From a virus: 64,000 nucleotides of DNA. The stretch spans positions 32,001 through 96,000 of IMG/VR virus record IMGVR_UViG_3300013101_002049, one strand, 5' to 3'. Shown piece after piece: positions 28,816 through 39,079 of the stretch. The position numbers and the translations under genes are program-made. Within the stretch, counting starts at the first letter, position 1. Every line of letters starts with the position of its first letter. A model generated the notes under the pieces. The model did no database searches. It worked only from the letters and a program-made list of their open reading frames with translations, and had not been told where the DNA came from.

Positions 28816-31113
28816 ATGGCTTATGAGAATATTCGCTTTGTAAAACCTAATATGGAGTTTGTAGATGGTTATTTTTATACCATGGATGAAAGCTCGGATA
28901 TGTTGGTTCAAAAAGTGGATGATGGATCAACCGCTTATTCTTATCCTTTAGATGTTCTTATAGGGGGTACTGTTAGCTCTTTGCAATATGATGGAGCTAA
29001 TTTTTGGACTTTACAAGACAGTGGTAATGGTTTTGTAATTAAAAGGTGGCGAATTGAAAATCATATAGCTAAACTTAAAGACAGTTTTACTTATACAGAC
29101 ACAGCTGAAATTAATTACGACGCAGATACTTTTGCGGTGGAAAATTATAGAACCGAATTTGACTGTACTGTTTCAGGTGGTGATTTGATAGTTTGCCCTG
29201 ATGAATATTATGATTCAGTTATTACATCTGGTACGGTTTTAACTTTAGGCCCAAACAGATATGATCAACGAGAGGAAGTAACTGTTAGTGGGGTTATCGG
29301 CTCAGATGTGATATTAGTTAGTGGGACTCAATATACTTATGAGTCAGGCGATTCAATAAGTATGTATCGAAGTTTTTTTGTATTTAATAACTATACTGGT
29401 TTAAGTTCAGCTAAAGGAAATTTAATGCGATTTAATGCTTATACCGGGGATTTAATAGCATCTGATTCAAGAACAGATTATAAAGATATAACTGCTTGCA
29501 CTTTTGCGCGGGTTCAGAATTTGTTACGTGATTATGATGATGCTCATACTGTTATTTTTGTAAAAAGTACTAGCGCAAGGTTTCGAAATATATCAGATTT
29601 AGTAGATATATTACGAGCTGATAGTGTAAATGATAATTTTAATGGGCCAAATGGGTCATCTCCTAATACTACTAGATGGTCTACAACATATGGAAATCCG
29701 ATAATTTATAATAATCAATTGTTTTGTTCAACTGTTATAAATGGAAAAGATGAAATAGTATCAAATTATGAGTTAATTGGAGATTTTAGTGCTCAGATAA
29801 GTGGATCTCTTGATGGTTATACAACTTTTTCTGGTGCTGAATTTGAACATTATATGCGATTTATATTTAGTAATGATGAGTATTGTACTATTAGTAGGGT
29901 TTACAATAGTTTATTTGGAGACGCTATAATTGCGGATTATTATGGATTTACACAGAGTGACATTGATTTAACTGAACCAGGTGGTACTATTGCAGCAAGA
30001 AATTATTGGAGTAGTGATTATCCATCTAAAGCGATAGATAACAATACTAGTACTTATTACCAGTCTAACGGAACTTCATGGCCTAAATGGCTAGCCTATG
30101 ATTTTGAAGTTCCTACAATTATTAATAAAGTAAGGATATATTTTTATCCAAATCATTTTTCTAGTACTGTATATGTACAAGGATCTAATGATTTAAATCC
30201 TGATTGGGATAGTAAAGCATGGAATGTGGTATATACTATGACAGGATTAAGTTCTGGGTCTTGGCAAGAGAGGGAGTTTAGTAATACTGATGTATATAGA
30301 TTTTATAGATTGTGGGGTAATTCTGGCGGACCTGGTAGTAATGGTTGGTGGTGTATATATGAAATAGAAATGATGGGTTCTCGTTACATAGGAGTAGCTG
30401 TTACTTCTAGTGGTGTTAGTTTTGATGAGTATAGGTTTAAAATTAATAGAACCGATTCGGATTTAAGTTTTTATTATAAAGCTTTAACTTCTGGTATATT
30501 AGATACCACATGGAATGACCTTGGGTCTATGTCTTTATATGAATATGATGGTTCTATGTGTTTAGGATTACATAGTGCTTCAGTAACAGTTTCTGGTGCA
30601 TATTTTGATGATTTAATTTATAATTCAGGACATGTTAGATATCCTCCTGTGGATATTCCTTATTATGATGTAATGGTTATGGATAATATAAGATCAAATC
30701 AAAGTACTATAATTCCAATAACAGATATATCATATTATAATGGGAATTTATATAGATTACAAGATGAAGGCACTTATTACGGAGTAGATAATGATTGGGG
30801 CTCACAATATAATTACGTTTGTTCTCCTGTTAGATCTTTTATTGATTCAATAACAGTAGATGCTTATCCAATTATTTTACCAGCAAATGCTCGGAATATA
30901 TCAACTATAACCTGTATAGTTTTAGACCAGTATTCAAACGGCGCAATTAATAAACCTATAAATTTTACCGATACTGATGATTATGGTTATATTACTATTA
31001 ATCCACAAAATACTGATGCTCTTGAAGGAACTGGGGAAGCTGTGACGTATTATGTAGCAGGTGTTGATGTACACACTGTTACTATACAAGGTACAGTTAC
31101 TCAGTATGATTAA
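28816..31113 (+). CDS. Virion protein, paralog family A, with inserted F5/8 type C (discoidin) domain and C-terminal Big-1
   Basis: YPSKAIDNNTSTYYQS...WLAYDF...YRFYRL...IYEIEM (~30000-30380) is discoidin-like. Termini are homologous to 27545..28804. Confidence 0.75.
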   Translation: MAYENIRFVKPNMEFVDGYFYTMDESSDMLVQKVDDGSTAYSYPLDVLIGGTVSSLQYDGANFWTLQDSGNGFVIKRWRIENHIAKLKDSFTYTDTAEINYDADTFAVENYRTEFDCTVSGGDLIVCPDEYYDSVITSGTVLTLGPNRYDQREEVTVSGVIGSDVILVSGTQYTYESGDSISMYRSFFVFNNYTGLSSAKGNLMRFNAYTGDLIASDSRTDYKDITACTFARVQNLLRDYDDAHTVIFVKSTSARFRNISDLVDILRADSVNDNFNGPNGSSPNTTRWSTTYGNPIIYNNQLFCSTVINGKDEIVSNYELIGDFSAQISGSLDGYTTFSGAEFEHYMRFIFSNDEYCTISRVYNSLFGDAIIADYYGFTQSDIDLTEPGGTIAARNYWSSDYPSKAIDNNTSTYYQSNGTSWPKWLAYDFEVPTIINKVRIYFYPNHFSSTVYVQGSNDLNPDWDSKAWNVVYTMTGLSSGSWQEREFSNTDVYRFYRLWGNSGGPGSNGWWCIYEIEMMGSRYIGVAVTSSGVSFDEYRFKINRTDSDLSFYYKALTSGILDTTWNDLGSMSLYEYDGSMCLGLHSASVTVSGAYFDDLIYNSGHVRYPPVDIPYYDVMVMDNIRSNQSTIIPITDISYYNGNLYRLQDEGTYYGVDNDWGSQYNYVCSPVRSFIDSITVDAYPIILPANARNISTITCIVLDQYSNGAINKPINFTDTDDYGYITINPQNTDALEGTGEAVTYYVAGVDVHTVTIQGTVTQYD

Positions 31114-31123
31114 GGGGTAATTT

Positions 31124-33682
31124 ATGGCTGATATTAGATTCGATGACGGAAATTTTTGTATAGGAACTTATCCTGGTACTTTTTGTAGTATGAATGATGC
31201 TAATGACCTATTAGTAACCAAAAACACTTCAAATGGTACGGTTGGTATTCAATATACACTAGAGCCAGAATTAAGCTTGCAAGTGTTGAGTTTAGAGTAT
31301 GTTGGACCAAAAGATCTTACAGCCACTGAGTTTGGGGGGCCATTACCTTTTTTTAGTTTGGATTCAAGCTATATTCGTAAATGGGAATTAAACAATCCTA
31401 TTTCATTGGGTAGTGTAAGTAGTGGTATTAATAATGGTAATTATACTACTATGGCTGTTGAGCATTATACTACTTCATTTAGCGCTGCTACAGCTACTGG
31501 AACTGGTAGAATAAAAGTTGATGATGATACTTATATAGATGTGGGAACAGAGCTTTTATTAGGGCCTAGTGATGATGCAGGAGATGACGGGGCTTATGAA
31601 TATGTTGAAGTTACTAGTATTTCTGGTGGTTGGGTTTATATAACATCAGATGGTGTTACTCCTCCACATCATCAATATGATAATGGAAATGATATTACTT
31701 TTGCTAAATATATTTATGTGTTTAGTAATGATGGGTATTTGAGAAAACTTAATTTAGATTATTCAGTAGTTGAAACAAAATACAGTGACATATATGCAGG
31801 TGTAAGTGCAGCTGCTTGGAGTGATAATTATAAAGCTGTGGGGTTCGTAAAAGACGGGGGTTATAGTCTGTTATACGTAGACCCATATCAGAATTATCAG
31901 ATATTGAAATCACATACTTTGAATACTGTGAAGGCTGATAAGGCGCTTACTTGGACTGTGTATGATTTAGCTTTTGAAGGGGCATCTATTTATAGGTTAC
32001 AACACGGTATGACTCTCGTAGATGATGATGGTGATTATTCTAATACAGATTGGGGGTCGTTATATAGTTACCATGAAGATGTAAGTACACCATATACTAA
32101 AAGTATTTCAATTGTGGTAGATCCAGCTGGTATAGTTGTTAATGATGATGTTGTAACGTTAACAGTGGTTGTTAGAGATCAATATGGTATTGGATTATTA
32201 GGTAAAACTGTTACTTTTTCAGATGATGATTCTTATGGTACGTTTGATCCTATAGGTGGTACAGCAGTAACCAATGCAAGTGGAATTGCTGAAATTAATT
32301 ATGATCTTAATAAGCCTGGTGGAGATGTGCCTGGTTTTTCATCAAGCCATGATATTAGGATAGATATAAAAACAGACGGATCTTCTTCATTTACTGGTAG
32401 TTCATGGGTATGGGATGGTATGAATTTGTTATGTCATCGCAAGTTTACAATAGCAGCTGATGATTTTATTGAACAAAAACAGACTTTGAGTGGTGATTAT
32501 CCTGTAGAAGGAGATGATTTATATACACAAATGTATATGACTCAAATATCTGAAATGGAGAATGATTTTTATTTAAAAGCAAAAAGTAAATTTCAGTTTC
32601 CAGGTGGTGATTGGGGTTCTGGAGGAGCGCCATCAAATCAAACAACTTCTGTAAAACAATTGGAAGAGTTTGGAAGTGATATGAATTTTGACCAGATAGA
32701 TAAAGAAATTGATTCCGAAGTTTATTTGGATCAAGATAAAGAACAAGATAATGAATTACAAGTTAGTCAAACATATGTTAGTCGTCATGTTTTAACTGGG
32801 CATTATGATAGTACTGATATAGATCAATTTAGGTTTATTGAAGATGCTATACCGGCTTTTTGGTCAGAAAAAAATTCTGTAAGTACAAATATTTGGATCA
32901 GGCTCAGACCTTTTGCGTATAGTTTAAATCAAAGTACGTTAATTTTTAAAGTCAGAGAAATTTCATATGTAGGTGATACACATTGGCAAGATGTTACATC
33001 TTCCTGTGCAGTTAGTACGTTTGATGCTGGCGGCGGTCTTCTTGGTTTAGATATTACATATGATCCGCCAACGGATTTTCATCACAACGGAATTGTGTAT
33101 GTCGATATTGTAGTTTATGATACAGCATCGACTCCAAATATAATCGTTACTGACTATTGGTTTAAAATTATTCAAGATTATAAAGCTCCTTATATCGAAA
33201 ATGAGTATCCTTCTCGTGGTGAGGAGGATGTTGTTCGAAATACAAATATTTCGTTTGATATAAAGGATGCGGGGGTAGGTGTAGATATAAGTACATTAGA
33301 ATTTTATGTCAATAACAGAAAGAAAACACCTGTTATTTCGAATATTTCTGGTGGTTATCACGTTGAATATAACCCACCAAATGATTTCTTTTATGGTCAA
33401 ACTGCTGAAATAACAGTTAAAGTGAAAGATGCCTCGGATTATGAAAATGCATTACATGATATGTGGAGATTTTACATTGAAGAGAGCACTGGCCCTTGGA
33501 TAGACCCTGATAGTTTTTATCCGGATAATTGTACTAAAGGGGTGTCCAGAAAATGGTCCGAAATATCATTTAATGTGTATGGAATCAATGACACGGGGGT
33601 GGATAGAGACAGTATTGTAGTGCATATTGGCGGTAAGGAAAGGGGTGTAACCATAACCCCTATTATATACCGCATAAGTTAA
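31124..33682 (+). CDS. Virion protein, paralog family A, Big-1 plus C-terminal Ig-like repeats
   Basis: Shared AVEHY..LLLGP..EYVEV and VYDLAF...IYRLQ blocks; VTLTVVVRDQYG Big-1; APYIENEYP..GVDISTLEFYVN repeats. Confidence 0.75.
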   Translation: MADIRFDDGNFCIGTYPGTFCSMNDANDLLVTKNTSNGTVGIQYTLEPELSLQVLSLEYVGPKDLTATEFGGPLPFFSLDSSYIRKWELNNPISLGSVSSGINNGNYTTMAVEHYTTSFSAATATGTGRIKVDDDTYIDVGTELLLGPSDDAGDDGAYEYVEVTSISGGWVYITSDGVTPPHHQYDNGNDITFAKYIYVFSNDGYLRKLNLDYSVVETKYSDIYAGVSAAAWSDNYKAVGFVKDGGYSLLYVDPYQNYQILKSHTLNTVKADKALTWTVYDLAFEGASIYRLQHGMTLVDDDGDYSNTDWGSLYSYHEDVSTPYTKSISIVVDPAGIVVNDDVVTLTVVVRDQYGIGLLGKTVTFSDDDSYGTFDPIGGTAVTNASGIAEINYDLNKPGGDVPGFSSSHDIRIDIKTDGSSSFTGSSWVWDGMNLLCHRKFTIAADDFIEQKQTLSGDYPVEGDDLYTQMYMTQISEMENDFYLKAKSKFQFPGGDWGSGGAPSNQTTSVKQLEEFGSDMNFDQIDKEIDSEVYLDQDKEQDNELQVSQTYVSRHVLTGHYDSTDIDQFRFIEDAIPAFWSEKNSVSTNIWIRLRPFAYSLNQSTLIFKVREISYVGDTHWQDVTSSCAVSTFDAGGGLLGLDITYDPPTDFHHNGIVYVDIVVYDTASTPNIIVTDYWFKIIQDYKAPYIENEYPSRGEEDVVRNTNISFDIKDAGVGVDISTLEFYVNNRKKTPVISNISGGYHVEYNPPNDFFYGQTAEITVKVKDASDYENALHDMWRFYIEESTGPWIDPDSFYPDNCTKGVSRKWSEISFNVYGINDTGVDRDSIVVHIGGKERGVTITPIIYRIS

Positions 33683-33717
33683 TCTAACCAACTTATATAT
33701 AGAGGATTACATCCAAA

Positions 33718-34338
33718 ATGACTATATTAATTGATAATTTTTCGGTGGGAGTTGAAGAATGGTTACCTGTTGCAGATTTAGTATCTTTTTCGGTGGATGT
33801 GGTAGACTTATCTTCTACAATAAGTACATCTGGAACATATTTTTTGCACGACGGCATGATTGTGTCCACAGTTTTATCTGGAATACCGAATGGTTATAGA
33901 GCTTATTATTACCCAACTAGTGTTGCGTCTAGCGGCACGATAACTTTAACAATCCATGCGGAAAACACAAATTCGGGTATTTTGGAACATAATTATTATT
34001 TATTGTATGGTTATCATGTTGAATTTAATGAGCTTATAGATTGGGGACCGAAGTCCACCGTAGTAACATCTGTTCAGGCATCAAATTTGGCTTTTTGTCC
34101 TAATACAGAGGGAGAAGCGGCGTATTTTGAAACTCGTGATTTAGAATCCTATGATTTAAGGGCTTCAATATCTGCTATTGATAGTGTAGATTTGGGAGCT
34201 TCTATTTATCCTCAAAATAAATTTTTCTTTTATGGAAGAACTTATACGATAACCGTTTCTGGAATAAAGGACTTTGGGGGAAACGAATTAGATCCTGTTG
34301 TTTTTAGTTTTACTATAGAGAATCCAAACGATACATAA
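33718..34338 (+). CDS. Virion protein with C-terminal Ig-like strand set
   Basis: Ends GRTYTITVSGIKDFGGNELDPVVFSFT (Big_5-like); contains two DLxASI repeats. Confidence 0.65.
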   Translation: MTILIDNFSVGVEEWLPVADLVSFSVDVVDLSSTISTSGTYFLHDGMIVSTVLSGIPNGYRAYYYPTSVASSGTITLTIHAENTNSGILEHNYYLLYGYHVEFNELIDWGPKSTVVTSVQASNLAFCPNTEGEAAYFETRDLESYDLRASISAIDSVDLGASIYPQNKFFFYGRTYTITVSGIKDFGGNELDPVVFSFTIENPNDT

Positions 34339-34393
34339 AGAGATTTATCAAAATGTTGTTAGGAATAAATATAATTATAGGGAGGTATAAATT

Positions 34394-35962
34394 ATGGCTG
34401 CTGTGACAAGGTGGGTTGCCTATGATGTGAGTGCAGAAGGTGCTATTGGTGATGGGGATAATGGATGTAAGGGAACGCAGGGTTATTCTATAGCAACTGC
34501 AAGTGTTGGTGATACATTTAATATAGGTCCCACAACTAATAGGTTACATCTTAGTATTGGTGGTGATTCTGCTCCGTATATTACTTTATATTCTGGATCT
34601 AATCTGGATGCAAGGTTTGTAGCAAGAGACATCACTGAAAAATTAAGAGCTTTAGGTAAAGGCACTGAAGATTATGATAAAGCCATTTGTAAATGGGAAA
34701 ATGATGGTACGAATGGAAATCGTTTTGCGATTTATCCTGGTGAATTAGGTGTTGGGTCTCAGGTTGTGGTAGCAACTAGTGGTACTAATTCAGCACACGC
34801 AGTGCTTGGTTGGACTACAAAAAGCGAGGCTGGTGGATCTGCTACTTCTAACACGTTTAATGGCACGGCATCAATTTCTGGAACTTATTATGGTTTAGTT
34901 TCAGAAGTATATAAAATTGTAATTAGTGATGATAATGATGCTACTCGTGGTATAGGTTCAGCAAGTAAAGGCGGCGGAAATACATATGCTGGGACTATGT
35001 CCACTGGTGGTGTGTTTAATAATAATTCTGATATTGAATATGTTATAAGTATAGATGTTACCAATGGAACAACTATGGGCGCAGGAACTGGTAATGTTCC
35101 AACAATGGGCTGGACATCAACTGGAAGTGCTGATGACTCAAGTGTTAATACAGAGTTATTATATCCAGATTATTGGTATAAAGTAGGTAGTAAAGGATTA
35201 ATGGTTAAATTTACTGATGCAGTTTTTAATACTGCAAGTCCTGCTTGGACCATCCAGTGTTATAAACCAGATGGCGCTGGTGGGGGGGCTTCATCTCCAG
35301 TAGGAACAGCTCAATATGTATATAGTTCTGATAGAGGTGATATGAGTAGTTCTCCGACTACCACTATTTCAGGTAGTTATACTGTATTAGGTTCTCGTGG
35401 TGTGTCAATTAAATTTAATCCAACTGGTGGTGGTGATGATCTTGCTGCTGGTGATGAATTTTATGTAATTTGTGCTGGACCAGATAATGCCGCACCTGCG
35501 TATCCAAATGTAACATCAATAAATTATGGAAATGTTACGGTTTCTACTGAGAGCGCTGTTAAATGTGTTATGTTTGAAATTGAATCTGGTGCTGTTCAGA
35601 TGAGTACTGTAAAATTTGGTTTACAAAGTCATGGTACATTTTCTCATCATAACGAAGGTAATTCTGATACCTATTTTAGATTTGGTACCGTTGGTATGGG
35701 AAATGAAGCTGGTACAGGCGACACTGATGGTATTGAATGGTATCCTAATATAGCAGCTACGGATATTGATGGTGATACTCCGCCTAGTTATTTATATGCT
35801 ACTGAAGATAATTTGTCTGTTGTGTCAACAGCTGATGCTAGTGAATCTATTGGTAATTATGGTTTGGTTGCTGATCCTGTATGGTTAAATATAAGATTAG
35901 GCGCTGCAGAAACTGGTGCCAATTCTACTATTAACTATAGGTGCTATTTCGACTATAGTTAG
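34394..35962 (+). CDS. Gly/Thr/Ser-rich virion structural protein
   Basis: 522 aa; GGGAGG SD; shares an internal module with 25377..26354 and 45179..52006. Confidence 0.7.
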   Translation: MAAVTRWVAYDVSAEGAIGDGDNGCKGTQGYSIATASVGDTFNIGPTTNRLHLSIGGDSAPYITLYSGSNLDARFVARDITEKLRALGKGTEDYDKAICKWENDGTNGNRFAIYPGELGVGSQVVVATSGTNSAHAVLGWTTKSEAGGSATSNTFNGTASISGTYYGLVSEVYKIVISDDNDATRGIGSASKGGGNTYAGTMSTGGVFNNNSDIEYVISIDVTNGTTMGAGTGNVPTMGWTSTGSADDSSVNTELLYPDYWYKVGSKGLMVKFTDAVFNTASPAWTIQCYKPDGAGGGASSPVGTAQYVYSSDRGDMSSSPTTTISGSYTVLGSRGVSIKFNPTGGGDDLAAGDEFYVICAGPDNAAPAYPNVTSINYGNVTVSTESAVKCVMFEIESGAVQMSTVKFGLQSHGTFSHHNEGNSDTYFRFGTVGMGNEAGTGDTDGIEWYPNIAATDIDGDTPPSYLYATEDNLSVVSTADASESIGNYGLVADPVWLNIRLGAAETGANSTINYRCYFDYS

Positions 35963-36063
35963 AGTAAAATTAAATAGTTATACAGATATAGCATATTGTT
36001 ATTTATTCCATTTTTATTCTAGCAAAATCCATAAAATATCCTATAATATATATAGGAGGCTTT

Positions 36064-37992
36064 ATGAATACTAATAGCAATATGATAAAAACTAAAAAAA
36101 TTTGTCCAGTATGTGGTAAGGTTGTAAATAATCTGAATCAACATATTAGTATGATGTCCAAATCATGTAAAGCGCATGACGCTTATCAGTATGGCAGACT
36201 GGAGAGTTGTTTTAATAGTGAGTCCTCTTTATCTGAGATTTCTACTTTGTTAGGCATAGAAAGACATAGTCTAACCAAATTGTTTAAATTATATTTTGGC
36301 AATAATAAAACTGTAGGTAGGAATGAATTTAATAGAAGAAATAGTATATCTAATAAAAAAAGTGGTAAGTCTAATACACGTACTAAAACTTCAATATCAT
36401 ATGAAACGATCAAGAAATCTTTTGAGGTTGAGGGGTATAAACTATTATCTACTGAGTATATAAATAATCGCCAAAAATTAAAATATGTGTGTAAAAATGG
36501 GCATAGAGGTGAAATTAATTGGACTAAATGGCGAATTGGACAGCGTTGCGCTAAATGCTCAAAATATAGAAATAGATATAATATTAATTATATTAAAAAG
36601 TCTTTCGAATCTGAAGGGTATCTGCTTTTGTCGGATACTTATATAGATTCTGAAACACCTCTTGATTTTATCTGTCCAAATGGGCATAAGCATGCTATAT
36701 CATGGTCTGCTTGGAATAATCAGCATCAAAGGTGTGCTATATGTGCTGGGGTGTCCAGGACTAGTTATGAACAAATTAAAAGCTCTTTTGAAAAAGAGGG
36801 ATATGAATTATTAACAAAAGTTTATATAAATAATCGTCAAAAATTAGATTTTATATGTCCTAATAGTCATAAGTGCTCTATTACGTGGAGCGCTTGGTCG
36901 AAGGGAGGTCGTTGTAAAATTTGTAGTGGATTATATATCGATGAAGATGTAGTTATAAAAGATGTAACATCAAATGGATATATATTAATAGGAAAGTATA
37001 CTAATTCTCACATACCTATGCATTTAATTTGCCCAAATGGCCATGATTATTATGTGTCATGGCACAACTGGAGTTCTAAAGGGTATAGATGTCCCAGATG
37101 CACGAATGTAGGCACATCTTATCAGGAAACAGATTTATTATCTTGTATTAAATCAATTTATGATGGTGAAATAATAGATAGATCAAAAACTATAATATCT
37201 CCATATGAATTAGATATAGTAATTCCAGATAAAAAAATAGCCATAGAATACTGCGGTCTGTATTGGCATTCAGAATTATCTGGAAAAGATCGTAAGTACC
37301 ACCTAAGTAAGTTAGAACTTTGTAATGAAAAAGGTTATAGATTGATAACTATTTTTGAAGACGAATGGTTATCAAACAAAGATTTAGTAATTTCAAGACT
37401 TAAAAACATTTTATCTTTGGACAATGAAAGAATATATGCTCGTCAATGCACTGTTAAGGAAATCACTGTTACTGAAGCTAAAAAGTTTTGTAATGAAAAC
37501 CACCTTCAAGGTTATAATGGATCAAATATAAAATTAGGTTTATTTTATAATGATGAGTTGGTTTCGGTTATGACATTTTCTAAGCCTTCAATTTCTAAAG
37601 GGGGTAAGAATAGAAATCGAAATATATGGGAATTGCAGAGGTTTTGTTCTAAAAGAGGTATAACTGTTGTAGGAGGAGCTTCGAAGCTTTTAAAATATTT
37701 TGAAAGAACTTATGATTGGATTCAAATATTTTCTTATGCGGACCGCCGTTGGTCGAATGGGAATTTATATGAAAAATTAGGGTTTGATTTTGATAAGTAT
37801 ACTGTGTTAAATTACTGGTATTTTAAATCAAATAAGTTAGAAAGAATTCATAGGTTTGCTTTAAGAAAACAACCCTATGAATCTAAAAATAAAACTGAGT
37901 GGGAATTACGACAAGATGAGGGTTATAATAGAATATGGGATTGTGGTAATATCAAATATATAAAATATAAGAACAATATTAAGGACAAGTGA
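36064..37992 (+). CDS. Hef-like free-standing homing endonuclease: Zn-ribbon repeats + Vsr/PD-(D/E)XK-type nuclease + GNAT-like C-terminal domain
   Basis: Four ~60-aa repeats with C(P/K)N(G/S)H...W....RCxxC; ELDIVIPDKKIAIEYCGLYWH nuclease motif; C-terminal NHLQG...WELQRF...GGASKLL...SYADRRWSNGNLYEKLGF. Basic composition unlike its neighbours. Confidence 0.8.
   Translation: MNTNSNMIKTKKICPVCGKVVNNLNQHISMMSKSCKAHDAYQYGRLESCFNSESSLSEISTLLGIERHSLTKLFKLYFGNNKTVGRNEFNRRNSISNKKSGKSNTRTKTSISYETIKKSFEVEGYKLLSTEYINNRQKLKYVCKNGHRGEINWTKWRIGQRCAKCSKYRNRYNINYIKKSFESEGYLLLSDTYIDSETPLDFICPNGHKHAISWSAWNNQHQRCAICAGVSRTSYEQIKSSFEKEGYELLTKVYINNRQKLDFICPNSHKCSITWSAWSKGGRCKICSGLYIDEDVVIKDVTSNGYILIGKYTNSHIPMHLICPNGHDYYVSWHNWSSKGYRCPRCTNVGTSYQETDLLSCIKSIYDGEIIDRSKTIISPYELDIVIPDKKIAIEYCGLYWHSELSGKDRKYHLSKLELCNEKGYRLITIFEDEWLSNKDLVISRLKNILSLDNERIYARQCTVKEITVTEAKKFCNENHLQGYNGSNIKLGLFYNDELVSVMTFSKPSISKGGKNRNRNIWELQRFCSKRGITVVGGASKLLKYFERTYDWIQIFSYADRRWSNGNLYEKLGFDFDKYTVLNYWYFKSNKLERIHRFALRKQPYESKNKTEWELRQDEGYNRIWDCGNIKYIKYKNNIKDK
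36397..37110 (+). repeat. Four tandem Zn-ribbon-encoding repeats (~180 bp)
   Basis: IKKSFEVEGYKLLSTEYINNRQKL / IKKSFESEGYLLLSDTYIDSETPL / IKSSFEKEGYELLTKVYINNRQKL / VIKDVTSNGYILIGKYTNSHIPM. Confidence 0.85.
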
Positions 37993-38102
37993 ATTATTTA
38001 GGTTAAGAATATAGGACGGGATGGTCTCTACAATAGTGTGGTTGTAAGATAATAGTTTTAAGGGAAATGGAGTAAAAAATGAATAATTGTATAAAATTTT
38101 AT

Positions 38103-38151
38103 AAAGAGTACAGTGGTCTATATTTTTATATGGATTGTTGTGCTCTTTTTT
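38103..38151 (+). terminator. Long RNA hairpin with U-tract (intrinsic terminator or processing stem)
   Basis: 38103-38123 pairs with 38128-38148 over 21 consecutive pairs (6 G.U), TTTT loop, T-run to 38151. Confidence 0.7.
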
Positions 38152-38163
38152 AATGGTGGCAGT

Positions 38164-39063
38164 ATGCAAAGAGGTAAAAGAAGTATTCAATTAGATAAAA
38201 ATAAAAATAGTATAATTAATATGTATAATAATGGGTTAACTCAACAGGATATAGCTGATAAATTTGGTGTACATCAAGGTACTATAGGAAGACGTTTAAT
38301 TAAATGGGGAATCACTAGTGGCAGAAATTTGGATAATGATATTATTAAAGAGATGTATGTGAAAGATTGTTATACTTGTAGAGAGATAGCGGAAAGATTT
38401 AGGGTAAGTGTTTCGTGTATAAATAATAGATTACATACTATGAGTATATATCGTAAATGTATAAATAGAGATTTTGTGCGTACTGCACTTAGAGTGGATA
38501 TATCTAAAAATGTTTTAAAAGATTTATATTTCAATAAAAAGTTAACTATGAATAATATAGCTGAGAAGTTTAATTGTAGTAGATCTTCTATATACAGAAG
38601 GATGATGGAATATGGATTGAGACCACGGAATAAAGTAGAAGCCGCTAATAGGGGCATTAATCATCATAATTATAATAAACATATGTCTAAAAAGTCGAAA
38701 GACAAATTGATTAAGTAGTTATCTAAAATTGATCGTCCTATTAAAACTTATGGTAAAGGGAATGGATCTTATTATATAACACCCAATCAGGGTAAGCGAT
38801 GGATGAGGTCTGGATGGGAAATTAAAGTTGCTGACTATTTGACTAATAACAATTATGACTGGTATTATGAACATAAATGGTTAAAAATAGGCGATGAATA
38901 TTACATCCCTGATTTTTATTTACCTACGGAGAATAAGTATATAGAAGTTAAGGGATGGAAGACTGATAAGACTATGTACAAATATAATAAAGCGAAGGCT
39001 ATGTACAATATAGAATTGTGGGATTATCACAAATTAATTGAGCTTGGTATACCAACCAGGTAA
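38164..39063 (+). pseudogene. HTH-repeat/NUMOD3-like + PD-(D/E)XK homing endonuclease interrupted by one in-frame TAG
   Basis: ORFs 38113..38718 and 38803..39063 are in the same frame, separated only by TAG 38716-38718; the intervening 28 codons are open. Three HTH repeats, NHHNYNKHMSKKSKDKL, then RSGWE..YIPDFYLP..YIEVKG. Confidence 0.8.
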
Positions 39064-39079
39064 TTTATAGGAGATAAGT

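Noticed and set aside
38113-38163. Hydrophobic N-terminal extension (MVYIFIWIVVLFF) as a signal/TM segment
   Set aside because: It is the translation of the hairpin and T-run; ATG 38164 is the more plausible start.
26355-39063. Inteins or group I introns hosting the endonucleases
   Set aside because: The endonuclease genes sit between complete genes, two with a clear SD. No Hint motifs, split host gene or intron core could be identified by eye.
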